Shown piece by piece: positions 12,582 through 22,577 of a stretch of DNA of 64,000 bases. This DNA is from an uncultured Actinomycetes bacterium (GTDB taxonomy: Bacteria; Actinomycetota; Actinomycetes; S36-B12): positions 19,778 to 83,777 of the forward strand of contig CAVZPI010000014.1 of assembly GCA_963777085.1 (NCBI GenBank). The letters are read 5' to 3'. Position numbers and translations under genes: made by a program. Numbering within the stretch: position 1 is the first letter of the stretch; each line of letters opens with the position of its first letter. The notes below the pieces were generated by a model. The model did no database searches. It was not told where the DNA came from and worked only from the letters and a program-made list of their open reading frames with translations.

Positions 12582-13991
12582 TCACCACCAGATCCTCTCG
12601 AAGTGGATGTCGGCCGCATCCACGCCGCAGGTGCGCAGGCACCGGAAGGCGGCATTGATCATCGGCTGCGAGCCGCACACGACCACGACTCGCTGGGCCA
12701 CGTCCGGCACCAGCGTGCGCATCACGTCGGGGTCGAACGGGTTGCCGACCTCCAGGGAGCTCGTTCGACCCACCACGGGGATGATCCGGCCGTTACGAGT
12801 CGCGGCCAGGGCCACCAGCTCGTCATAGTGGACGATCTCCGCCTCCCGCCGCGCCCGGTAGATCACGACCGGCTGTGCGTCGGAATCGAAGTCCTCGAGC
12901 AACGAACGAACGGGGGCGATCCCCACCCCTCCCGCGATGAGCAGCAGCTTGCTGCCTCGCAGCTCCTCGTAGATCTTCGTCCCGTACGGGCCCTCGATGG
13001 CCACCTTCGTCCCGACCGGCAGGGCAGTCATCAGCTCGCTGGCTCCACCCAGCGCCTTGATGGTGAATCGGATGCGGTCCATGCGCGGGGCCGCCGAGAT
13101 CGAGTACGGGTGCGGCTGCCAGGCAAGCTTCGGGGTCAGCGGCCGCAGGAGGGCGAACTGGCCGGCGGCCGCCCGAAGGTAGGCCACATTGCGCCCGCCG
13201 AGTTCGATCGCGGCCGCGACGTCGTTCAGCGGGGTCACGGACAGGACCGTCAGGGGCCGCAGTACCGACCGGACCGCCTTGCCCCACCGGCTGACGATCA
13301 CCATGAGCAGCACGATCACGCTCACCGCGATCCAGAATGCCCGGGCCAAGGGGTCGAAGGCCAGGTCCGAGCCCAGGAAGATCTCGTGGGCGAACGCCAG
13401 CGCCAGGGACGCGTAGATCGTCAGGTGGAGGAAGTACCAGGTCTCGTAGGCCAGGTGGCGGCGGACGAAGCCGAGGGACAGGACGGTGATGAGGAGCATG
13501 CCGAGCGCCCCGACGGTGGCCATCGCCATGAACTGCTCTTCGCCGGTCAGCTGCCTGATGGCGTCGGCGAGATCCGTACGGCTCGCGTAGGCGACCACCG
13601 TGGCCGTGATGTGGGCTACCAGGAGGAGCGCCGCCGTCTCGCCCATCCAGCGGTGCCACAGCAGCGCCCGGTCCAGGCCGATTGCGCGCTCGAACCTGTG
13701 CGTCCGGGCGGCGAAGGCGATCCCGGCCAGTGCGACGGACGTGGCGAGCAGTCCCGTCAGCGCTCCGGCGGACTCCCACGCCTCGGCCCAGTCGCCACCG
13801 GTCAGGCTGCTCCAGCCGCCATGCCGCACCCAGATGCCGATCGTGACGACGATGAGCGCAGCCGCGAGGGTGATGGCATCGCTCAGGGCGGGCCCGGGGT
13901 GGCGTGGACGACGAGCCCGATGCGGATGGGCAATCCTGGGTGGCAGCAACCGATGGCCGCCGACGGGCTTGCCTGCCGGGGACGTGGCCAT
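12582..13991 (-). CDS. Ferric-reductase-like transmembrane domain fused to an FAD/NAD(P)-binding oxidoreductase
   Basis: Heme-ligand His motifs WHRW.G, AHI, YETWYFLHL..Y, FAHE. Also HPYSIS, EGPYG, AGGVGIAP, CGS and IHFERIWW. Start placed at MATSP. Confidence 0.9.
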   Translation of the reverse strand: MATSPAGKPVGGHRLLPPRIAHPHRARRPRHPGPALSDAITLAAALIVVTIGIWVRHGGWSSLTGGDWAEAWESAGALTGLLATSVALAGIAFAARTHRFERAIGLDRALLWHRWMGETAALLLVAHITATVVAYASRTDLADAIRQLTGEEQFMAMATVGALGMLLITVLSLGFVRRHLAYETWYFLHLTIYASLALAFAHEIFLGSDLAFDPLARAFWIAVSVIVLLMVIVSRWGKAVRSVLRPLTVLSVTPLNDVAAAIELGGRNVAYLRAAAGQFALLRPLTPKLAWQPHPYSISAAPRMDRIRFTIKALGGASELMTALPVGTKVAIEGPYGTKIYEELRGSKLLLIAGGVGIAPVRSLLEDFDSDAQPVVIYRARREAEIVHYDELVALAATRNGRIIPVVGRTSSLEVGNPFDPDVMRTLVPDVAQRVVVVCGSQPMINAAFRCLRTCGVDAADIHFERIWW

Positions 13992-14013
13992 GCTGCACAG
14001 TGGCACGGTCCGC

Positions 14014-14061
14014 GCTGTGAACCATCGGTGAGAGACCGGGATACCTGAGGGGCACCTGTGC
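14014..14061. promoter_or_regulatory. OmpR/PhoP-type direct repeats in the divergent reductase/apbE intergenic region
   Basis: gctgtga-N4-tcggtga at 14014-14031 (TCACCGA-N4-TCACAGC on minus) and cctgagg-N4-cctgtgc at 14044-14061. Confidence 0.45.
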
Positions 14062-14879
14062 GAACCGACCGTGAGGTGATGGACGGCTGGGCCGAGGGGA
14101 TCTCGGGTTCCGTCGTGCGCGAGGACCGGGTGGTCCATGTCGAGCACGTGTGGAACACGGCCATCACGATCAACGTGGCCGGGACCGACGGACGCGAGCC
14201 GAATGCGTTGGCCGTGATTGCCGACTGCGCCCGGTTCTTCGGCGAAGTGGACCAGACGTTCTCCACCTACAAGCCCCTGACCGAGGTGGCCCTCTACCGT
14301 GCCGGCCTCGGGCGGCCGGACCGGCACTCCGAGGACTTCGAGGAGGTGCTGCTGGCCTGCCGCGAACTGCGCGCCACGACGCATGGCGCCTTCGACCCCT
14401 GGTCAGTCCCGGGCGGCTACGACCCCTCCGGGTACGTCAAGGGGTGGGCGGCGGGCCGTGCGAGCGGGCGGCTGATCGAGGCGGGATTCCGTGATCACCT
14501 GGTGAACGCCAGCGGCGACATCTGTGCGAGTGGTGACGAGGAGACCGGCTCGGGAAGCGGCTGGCCGGTCGGGATCCTCAACCCGCATGCCCCGACCGAG
14601 GTGATCGAGGTCGTCACGCTCCGCAGTCAATCGATGGCGACGTCCGGCCGGTACGAGCGCGGGGACCACGTCATCGACCCGTCGACCGGTCACCCGGCGG
14701 TCGACGTGGACAGTGCCACGGTCGTGGGCCCCGACCCCGGGACGGCCGACGCGGTCGCCTCGGCCGCGCTGGTTGACGGCCTCGCCAGCATGGAATGGTT
14801 CGGCGCCCTTGGCCCGGGCTGGTCCCTGCACGTGGTGGTCGGAGACACTGTGCACGCCTTCGGCCCGGCGTTCGCGTAG
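14058..14879 (+). CDS. apbE: FAD:protein FMN transferase
   Basis: FSTYKP.TEV, GAFDP, DPSGYVKGWA, VNASGD, ATSGRYERGDHVIDP, ADAVASA. Confidence 0.93.
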   Translation: MRTDREVMDGWAEGISGSVVREDRVVHVEHVWNTAITINVAGTDGREPNALAVIADCARFFGEVDQTFSTYKPLTEVALYRAGLGRPDRHSEDFEEVLLACRELRATTHGAFDPWSVPGGYDPSGYVKGWAAGRASGRLIEAGFRDHLVNASGDICASGDEETGSGSGWPVGILNPHAPTEVIEVVTLRSQSMATSGRYERGDHVIDPSTGHPAVDVDSATVVGPDPGTADAVASAALVDGLASMEWFGALGPGWSLHVVVGDTVHAFGPAFA

Positions 14880-15064
14880 CGGTCCGCCCTGAGGCAGGGT
14901 GGGTCCTTCCCCGGGGGAGCCACGTCTCGCAGCAACGCCAGGTCGACGAACTCAGGCGGACCATCATCAACTGCGCCCGCATGCGAGTTCCTCGCTTCCG
15001 CCTTCGACTGCGATCGGGACTTAGTGCTCTCACGCGATCACTCGGATGCGAGTAACCCTTGCTC

Positions 15065-15960
15065 ATGCTCCGTTTCGAGATCGTCAGGCGGGAGGACTTC
15101 TCCGACGTCACCTTCTCGCTCGACGTCCGGCACCCGCTGATGGCCAAGGCGGCCCGACCGGGCCAGTTCGTGATCGTGATGCTCCACGAGCAGGGCGAGC
15201 GGATTCCGCTGACGCATCGCGGATTTCGACCGGGTCGACGGCACCATCACGCTGGTGATCCAGGCGGTGGGCAAGACCACCAAGCAGATGCAGCAGACGA
15301 CTGCCTGGTCGGCACGTCGCTGTACGGCATGGTCGGTCCGATGGGCATCCCCGAGCGAGATCAGCCGATGCCAAGAAGGTCGTGTGCGTCGGCGGCGGCC
15401 TCGGCGTCGCACCGATCTTCCCGCAGGCGCGCGGGTACAAGGAGGCCGGCGCATACGTGATCGGGGTCGTCGGCTTCCGCACCAAGGAGCTGGTGTTCTG
15501 GGAGGACAGGTTCCGGGCCTTCTGCGACGAGTACATCATCTGCACGGACGACGGCTCGGCCGGCATCAAGGGCCTGGTGACCGAGGGCATCAAGCAGGCC
15601 ATCGCGCAGGCACGCCGACATCGACGAGGTCGTGGCCATCGGCCCGCCGGTCATGATGCGCGGATGCGTCGAGACGACCCGTCCCTACAACATCAGGACG
15701 GTGGTGAGCCTGAACCCGGTGATGGTGGATGGCACCGGACATGTGCGGCGGCTGCCGGGTCAGGATCGGCGGCCAGGTGAAGTTCGCCTGCGTCGACGGG
15801 CCCGACTTCGACGGGCACCAGGTCGACTTCGACGACCTGATGACTCGACTGCGCCGGTACAAGGTCGAGGAGAAGGCGGCCCTGGAGAACTGGGAGAGCG
15901 CCTGCCGCATGCGAAGCGACGTCGACGCTGAACCGTGGTGCGACGCGGTAGGCGGGAGCG
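15065..15960 (+). CDS. nfnA: NfnA/SudB-like FAD/NAD-binding [2Fe-2S] subunit (several frameshifts; end approximate)
   Basis: Motifs pieced across frames: ARPGQFVIV...GERIPLT, QAVGKTT, GPMG, CVGGGLGVAP, TDDGSAG.KG, IGPPVMM, SLNPVMVDGTG-MCGGCRV, FACVDGPDFDGHQVDFD. Confidence 0.8.
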
Positions 15961-15963
15961 GTC

Positions 15964-17458
15964 ATGGCAAAGAAGAAGACGATCCGGACGATCCCCCAGG
16001 AACGCACGCCCGATGCTCGAGCAGGACCCGGCGGTGCGGCGGGGAACTTCGAGGAGGTCGCGTGCGGCTACCCGCTGGAGGAGGCGCTCCGGGAGTCCGA
16101 GCGGTGCCTGCAGTGCCCGGACCAGCCATGCGTGTCCGGGTGCCCGGTCGGCATCGACATCCCCGGCTTCATCCAGAAGGTCAGCGAGAAGGACGTTCGG
16201 GGCGCCTACGACATCCTCGACGACCACGAACCTGCTCCCGGCGGTCTGCGGACGGGTCTGCCCGCAGGAGAACCAGTGCGAGGGCGTGTGCGTCGTCGGC
16301 GAGTCCCTGGAGCCGGTGGCGATCGGACGCCTGGAGCGGTTCGTCGGCGACACCGCGATCGCCGAGGGCTGGGTCAACCTGCCGCACATCGAGCCCACCC
16401 GATTCAAGGTGGGCATCGTCGGATCGGGGCCGGCCGGCATGGCGTGCGCGGCCGACATGGCCAAGGCGGGCTGCGAGGTGACCGTCTTCGAGGCATTCCA
16501 CCAGCCCGGCGGAGTGCTCAAGTACGGCATCCCCGACTTCCGGCTGCCGAACACGGTCATCGACGCGGAGATCGGCAACCTCAGGCGACTCGGGGTCACA
16601 TTCGAGTGCAACACGCTGGTCGGCCGCCTGTTCACCATCGAGCAGATGATCGGCGAGATGGGATACGACGCCGTGTTCATCGGTGTCGGCGCGGGCTACC
16701 CGACCATGCTCGGGATTCCTGGAGACTCGTTGAACGGCGTGCTCTCTGCCAACGAGCTGCTGACCCGCTGCAACCTGATGCGTGCCAAGGAGTTCCCGGC
16801 CTTCGACACGCCGCAGCCGATCGGCAGGCGAGTGGCCGTGGTCGGAGCCGGCAACACCGCGATGGACGCCCTGCGCGTCTCCATCCGCCTGGGCGCCGAG
16901 AAGGTCCACTGCGTCTACCGACGGTCGCGCAACGAGGCACCGGCCCGAGCCGAGGAGGTGCACCACGCGGAGCAGGAGGGCGTCGAGTTCCACTGGCTGA
17001 CCAACCCGGTCGAGGTCCTCGACGACGGCGAGGGCGGCGTGCGCGGCATGCGGTGCGTGCGCATGGAGCTCGGCGAGCCTGACGACTCGGGGCGCAGACG
17101 GCCCGTCCCGGTCGCGGGGAGCGAGTTCGACTTCGACGTTGATCTCATCGTCTACGCCATCGGCACCAACGCCAATCCCATCATGGGACAGACCTCGGGC
17201 CTGAGGCTGAGCAAGCGGGGCTACATCGACGCAGACGCAAGCCTCGCCACGTCGCTCGCGGGCGTCTTCGCCGGCGGTGACATCGTCACCGGCGCCGCCA
17301 CCGTGATCGAGGCGATGGGAGCCGGCCGCAAGGCCGCGACCGGGATGAAGGCCTACCTCGGCATCCGGGATGTCCACCGTCCCTATGCGGGCGATGGCCC
17401 TCGCCTGTTCGGAATCGATCGTGCGGAACACGGCTTCCGCCGTGTGCACGTGGCGTGA
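15964..17458 (+). CDS. nfnB: NfnB/SudA-like NADPH-dependent glutamate synthase small-subunit homologue (frameshifts near 16010-16225)
   Basis: NFEEV..G...ESERCLQC...CVSGCPVGIDIP, NLLPAVCGRVCPQENQCEGVC, GSGPAG, YGIPDFRLP, GAGNTAMD, YRRS, FAGGDIVTGAATVIEAMGAGR. Confidence 0.85.
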
Positions 17459-17475
17459 TGGGAGCGGTCGACGAC

Positions 17476-19377
17476 ATGAGTACTGCGATCGCGGATGCCC
17501 GCCCGGCCGGCCCGGAGGCCGCTGCGGACTCCATAGTCGAGCTGCGGGAGCACATCGTCGAGATCATCAGCGACTCGGGCGAGGGCGCCCAGAGCTGCGG
17601 GCAGTCGCTCGGATCCATTGCGGCCAGGATGGGCAACGGCATCTGGACGACGGAGATCATCCCGGCCGAGATCCGGCCACCCGCCCGAAGCGTGGCGGGT
17701 GCCAGTGGCAACCGGATTCGCATCGGCTCCGGACCCGTGACGAACGGTGGCGACGAGACCGACCTCGTGGTGGCCTTCAACGAGCAGGTCCTGCTGGGGC
17801 GGGTGCGCGATCGCGAGCTCAAGCCGGGGTGCGTCATCCTGCTGGAGAGTGCCTGGCGGGAGCATCCCGACCGCGGGATCAAGGACTCCTACGTCGAGGC
17901 GCACAAGCGCCTCGTCGAGTCGGGCTACCGGGTGCTACGAGGTGCCGATGGAGCAGGAGTGCCGCCGGCTGGTCAACGATGCGCGGCGCGGCAAGAACAT
18001 GTTCGCCCTGGGCATGCTCTGCCACATCTACAGCTTCGACCTGCAGATCGCACGCGATCAGATCGTGCGCACGTTCCGCAAGAAGTCGCAGTCCGTCATC
18101 GAGACGAACTGGACACTCCTGGACGCGGGGTACGAATGGGCCCGGGCCAATCTCGATCTGCGCTTCCGCATTCCGGTGACGGCAACGTCCGGCCCGCAGA
18201 TCGTCACCAACGGCAACACCGCGATCGCCCTCGGCGTCATGGCCTCGGGCATGGAGCTGTGCGCCATGTACCCGATCACGCCGGCCACCTCGGCCTCGCA
18301 CTACCTCTCGGACGTCTTCGAGCAAGGTCGGCGGCATCGTGCACCAGGCCGAGGACGAGATCGCGGCCTGTGCGTTCGCCATCGGCGCCTCGTACGCGGG
18401 CAAGTGCACGGTCACGATCACCTCCGGACCCGGGCTACTCGCTCAAGCAGGAGGCCATCGGGCTCGCGGTGATGGCCGAGATCCCGCTCGTCGTGGTGAA
18501 CGTCCAGCGTGGTGGCCCCTCCACGGGCCAGCCGACCAAGACCGAGCAGGGCGACCTGATGACGGCGATCTTCGGCAGTCACGGCGATGCGCCCAAGGTG
18601 GTCATGGCGCCGGCGACCATCGAGGACTGCTTCTACTCGATCATCACCGCGCGCAGGATCGCCGAGACCTTCAACATGGTGGTCGTCGTCCTCACCGACG
18701 CCGGGCTCGCGACCTCGCAGCAGCCGTATCCGCGGCCGGAGTTCAGCGAGAAGTGGCTGGCGCCGCCCATCGACCAGAGCCCGGTCGCACCGGGCGCGAA
18801 GCCCTACGACTGGGATGCCACTACGGGCCTGGCCCGCCGGTTCATCCCCGGGCAGCCCGGCGGGATGCACACCGTCACCGGCCTCGCGCACGACCCGGAG
18901 AGCCACGTCGCCTACGACCCCGACATCAACATGCAGGGCCTGCGAGCGCGCAGCCTGAAGCTGGCGGCGCTGCAGCGCACGCTGCGGCCGCCGGACGTGC
19001 TCGGGGCAGACGAGGGAGAGCTGCTCGTCGTCGGCTGGGGCAGCACCAAGGGGGCGATCGAGGAGGTCGTCGAGTCCCTTCGCGAGGAGGGCAGATCGGT
19101 CTCGTCCATCCATCTGCGCTTCCTCAACCCGCTGCCGCCGGGGATCAAGGAGATAATGCAGCGCTTCGCGAAGGTCATCGCCATCGAGACGAACTTCAGC
19201 GACAACCCCGACGACCAGATCATCGACGAGTCGAATCGCCGGTACTCGTCGATGGCGATCCTGCTGCGCTCGCGCTACCTGGTCGACGTCGACTGCTGGA
19301 GCGAGGTGCGTGGCCGACCGCTCAGGCCGAGCACCCTGCGTGAGGTCCTTCTCGCGAAGCTGGGGAACCAGGCATGA
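17476..19377 (+). CDS. korA: 2-oxoacid:ferredoxin oxidoreductase alpha subunit, gamma-alpha fusion (frameshifts)
   Basis: SDSGEGAQ, IPAEIRPP, KNMFALG, GNTAIALG, YPITPATS, QAEDEIAA, TSGPG.SLKQE, VQRGGPSTG.PTK.EQGD, GWGSTKG across three frames. Confidence 0.88.
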   Translation: MSTAIADARPAGPEAAADSIVELREHIVEIISDSGEGAQSCGQSLGSIAARMGNGIWTTEIIPAEIRPPARSVAGASGNRIRIGSGPVTNGGDETDLVVAFNEQVLLGRVRDRELKPGCVILLESAWREHPDRGIKDSYVEAHKRLVESGYRVLRGADGAGVPPAGQRCAARQEHVRPGHALPHLQLRPADRTRSDRAHVPQEVAVRHRDELDTPGRGVRMGPGQSRSALPHSGDGNVRPADRHQRQHRDRPRRHGLGHGAVRHVPDHAGHLGLALPLGRLRARSAASCTRPRTRSRPVRSPSAPRTRASARSRSPPDPGYSLKQEAIGLAVMAEIPLVVVNVQRGGPSTGQPTKTEQGDLMTAIFGSHGDAPKVVMAPATIEDCFYSIITARRIAETFNMVVVVLTDAGLATSQQPYPRPEFSEKWLAPPIDQSPVAPGAKPYDWDATTGLARRFIPGQPGGMHTVTGLAHDPESHVAYDPDINMQGLRARSLKLAALQRTLRPPDVLGADEGELLVVGWGSTKGAIEEVVESLREEGRSVSSIHLRFLNPLPPGIKEIMQRFAKVIAIETNFSDNPDDQIIDESNRRYSSMAILLRSRYLVDVDCWSEVRGRPLRPSTLREVLLAKLGNQA

Positions 19378-20336
19378 CCACGACGGAGATCTCGACCACT
19401 CAGTGCCTGCTCGAGCTCTATGACCAGCGGCGCAGCCTGGAGGACTACCAGAGCGGCGTGCCACGGTGGTGCACCGGTTGCGGTGACAACGCCATCCTCG
19501 CGGCCGTCCAGCGACTGTGCCGTGACCAGGGCCTGCGCCCGGAGAAGACCGTCTTCGTATCGGGCATCGGATGCTCGAGCCGCTTCCCGCACTACCTGAA
19601 CACCTATGGATTCCACGGCATCCACGGCCGGGCACTGCCGATCGCCGAGGGGGTGAAGATGGCGAGACCGGAGCTCACGGTGTTCGTCAACACCGGTGAT
19701 GGCGACCTGTGCAGCATCGGCGCCGCACACTGGATCCATGCCATCCGGTACAACATGAACCTCACGGTCTTCCTGCACGACAACCAGATCTACGGTCTGA
19801 CCAAGAAGCAGGCGTCACCGACGTCACCCATCGGCACCAAGAGCAACACGACACCGCGGGGCAGCTACCTCGAGGCGCTCAACCCGTTGACCGTCTCGCT
19901 CGGTGTCGCCAACGTGTCCTTCGTGGCGCAGGCCGTCGACTGGATTCCCGAGAGCCTGTTCGACATCGTCAACGCGGCCTACCAGCACAAGGGCCTGTCG
20001 TTCGTGCGGATCATCCAGCGCTGTCCGGAGTGGCTTCCCAAGTCGCTGGAACCGTGGATGCAGGACCCGAACAAGGTGCAGCTGCTTCACCACGAGAGGG
20101 CCCTGCCGATGAGCACGAGCCTTGCCATGGTCTACAAGAACACCCTGGAGCATGATCCGCTGGACATCGATCGCGCACGGGAGATCGCGTCGTCGGTCGA
20201 CGTCATCCCCGTGGGAGTCCTGTATCAGAACAGGGACGTGCCGTGCTACGAGGAGACGAGGCAGACAGGAGTACTGCGCACTGACGCGGTCATCAGGAGC
20301 GGTCTCGAAGCCGAGTTCGACAAGTACACGGTCTGA
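19374..20336 (+). CDS. korB: 2-oxoacid:ferredoxin oxidoreductase beta subunit (ThDP-binding)
   Basis: RWCTGCGD, SGIGCSSRFP, HGIHGRALP, GDGD...HDNQIYGLTKKQASPT. ATGA overlap with the alpha gene. Confidence 0.92.
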   Translation: MTTTEISTTQCLLELYDQRRSLEDYQSGVPRWCTGCGDNAILAAVQRLCRDQGLRPEKTVFVSGIGCSSRFPHYLNTYGFHGIHGRALPIAEGVKMARPELTVFVNTGDGDLCSIGAAHWIHAIRYNMNLTVFLHDNQIYGLTKKQASPTSPIGTKSNTTPRGSYLEALNPLTVSLGVANVSFVAQAVDWIPESLFDIVNAAYQHKGLSFVRIIQRCPEWLPKSLEPWMQDPNKVQLLHHERALPMSTSLAMVYKNTLEHDPLDIDRAREIASSVDVIPVGVLYQNRDVPCYEETRQTGVLRTDAVIRSGLEAEFDKYTV

Positions 20337-20350
20337 CGCGGGCGACGGAC

Positions 20351-22550
20351 ATGGATGCGAACCTCCAGGCGCACATCGCCTTCCACCTCACAGGGAATCG
20401 GGCAGGGACCCACCTGGACTCGATAGCCGAACCGCGACTCGGTGCCGGCCCTGCTTGCCGAGTACCAGGACCTGTGCTCGCTGCGCTACGACTTCCCCCT
20501 GGTGCTGCTGGACAAGCCCGCGGGCGGCCATTGCGTGGAGCCGATGTCCGGGCTGATCGACGACATCCTCGAGCAGTCGGCCACTGGCGCCGAGGCCGAC
20601 CGCATCCGGCAGCATGTCCTGCGCCTCGAGGCAGGCATCCGGACGCGGGTCGCCAACGGGGTGCAGGGATCGTTCTCGGAGCTGTGGGACATCGTGGCCG
20701 CGGCCCTCTCGGACCGCGACGAGCTGGTGGCGGACAGCCTGTCGCGTGCTCGGCTCGCGCTTTGCATCGACGGTGCGGTCCTGGACTGCGACGTGGACCT
20801 GCCGTATCGACTCATTAGCCGGGCCTGGGGGATCTCCCTGGATCAACGTGCGGCCCAGTTCAACGAGATCGTCGCCCGACTGATCCAGAGGCTGACGGAC
20901 ATCCTCAAGGCGGACTTCCAGGGTTCGCGCGAGGGGCGCACTGCCGAGAACCTGAGGGCCTCCTTCGGCAACGGCCCGATGGACGCCTTCGACTTCGAGG
21001 CCATGTCCCGCATCCTCGGCGGGTCGGCCGCCACGACGCAGCTCCCCGGGAGTCGCCGCCAGCGGCTTGAGGAGCTGCTCTCGGTCCTGCATTCGCAGCG
21101 GTTCTACGCGACGCCGTCGTCCGCGTGCGATGTCTACGCGTTCACCTTCGAGGACTGTGCCAGTGCACTCGAGGCGTACCGCAAGCGGCTGCCCCGCGCC
21201 GTCGAGCTGGCCCGGGCGATCGCCATCGGGGAGCTCGAGGTCACGGGGGAGTACGACGAGGCAAGGCATGAGCTGCTGTTCGAGTCCTTCGGCAGCAATG
21301 GGCTGGATGCCGAGTACCAGGCGATGTTCCCCGACTACCTGGTGCGCCTCGCTGCGGGCGGCATGCGCGCCCAGGAGCAGGAGCTGCTGTTCGAGATCCT
21401 GTCTGCGGACCTCCCCTTCAAGGTGCTCGTGCAGACCGACGACGTTCTCGAGGAGTCGGAGATCGGCGATGGGCACCTCGCGCTCTCGCTGCGCAGCAGG
21501 AGCCTCGCCAGCACGGCGATGGGGCTGACCGGAGTGTTCGTGCTGCAGTCGCCGAGCTCGGCCCTGCTGCACCTGCGCCACGAGATCCGCAGCGGGCTGG
21601 ACGGCTCAGGGCCGGCCCTGTTCAGCATCTTCTCCGGATCGAGCGCGGCTCGAGCCGGCTCGTCCTCGTACCTGGTCGCGGCCGCGGCCCTGGAGTCGAG
21701 GGCGTTCCCGGTATTCGTCTACGACCCGACCGCCGGTCACGACTGGGCGTCCCGGTTCTCAATCGCGGGGAACCCGCAGCCCGAGCAGGACTGGCCCCTG
21801 AACGGCTTCTCGTATCAGGATCAGGCGTGCCAGGCGGTGTCCGGCCGCGTCCCGTTCAGCCTCGTGGACTTCGTCTCGATCGATCCCCGGTACTCGCGGC
21901 ACTTCGCCCGCGTCGCGCAGGAGGAGTGGTCCGACGCTCTCGTGCCCGCGACCGACGTCGTGGATCGTGCCCGCCGGGAGAAGGTCGACCAGGTGCCCAG
22001 CCTGCTGATGGTCGACGCCGAGGACGCACTGCACATGGTCATCGTCGATGAGCTGGTGATCCGTGAGGCGCGCAGATGCCGATCCATGTGGCACAGCCTG
22101 CAAGAGCTCGGGGGCATTCACAACTCGCATGCCGAGCGACTGCTGGCCCGGGAGGAGGCGGTCTGGCAGGACCGCCTGCAGGAGCGACTCGCCGTGCCCT
22201 CTCAGGAGGGCACGGACGCTGCCGATGCGGCACCCGGGCCTGCTGTGGGGACCCCTCCTGAATCGGTGCAGGTGGAGCTCGAGGCTGACGTCGAGAGATC
22301 CTCGGACGAGGCCTATATCGAGACCGCTCGCTGCTCGACGTGCAACGAGTGCACCCAGATCAACAAGGCGATGTTCGTGTACAACGAGAACCAGCAGGCG
22401 TACATCGCCGACATCGCTGCGGGTACCTTCGCCCAGCTGGTGGAGGCAGCCGAGAGCTGCCAGGTCTCCGTGATCCATCCCGGCAGGCCTCGGGATCCGA
22501 ACGAGCCCGGGCTGGAGGAACTGCTGAAGCGCGCAGGGCTGTTCGACTAG
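20351..22550 (+). CDS. Large uncharacterised protein: degenerate POR C-terminal-like region plus C-terminal ferredoxin (one frameshift near 20435)
   Basis: Begins MDANLQAHIAFHLTG, continues PALLA.Y.DL..LRYDFPLVL and ALESRAFPVFVYDP..G..W..RF...GNPQPEQDWP, ends CSTCNECT...AAESCQV..IHPG. Confidence 0.8.
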
Positions 22551-22577
22551 CACCCTCGCGCAGGCTCGGGTCGAGAC

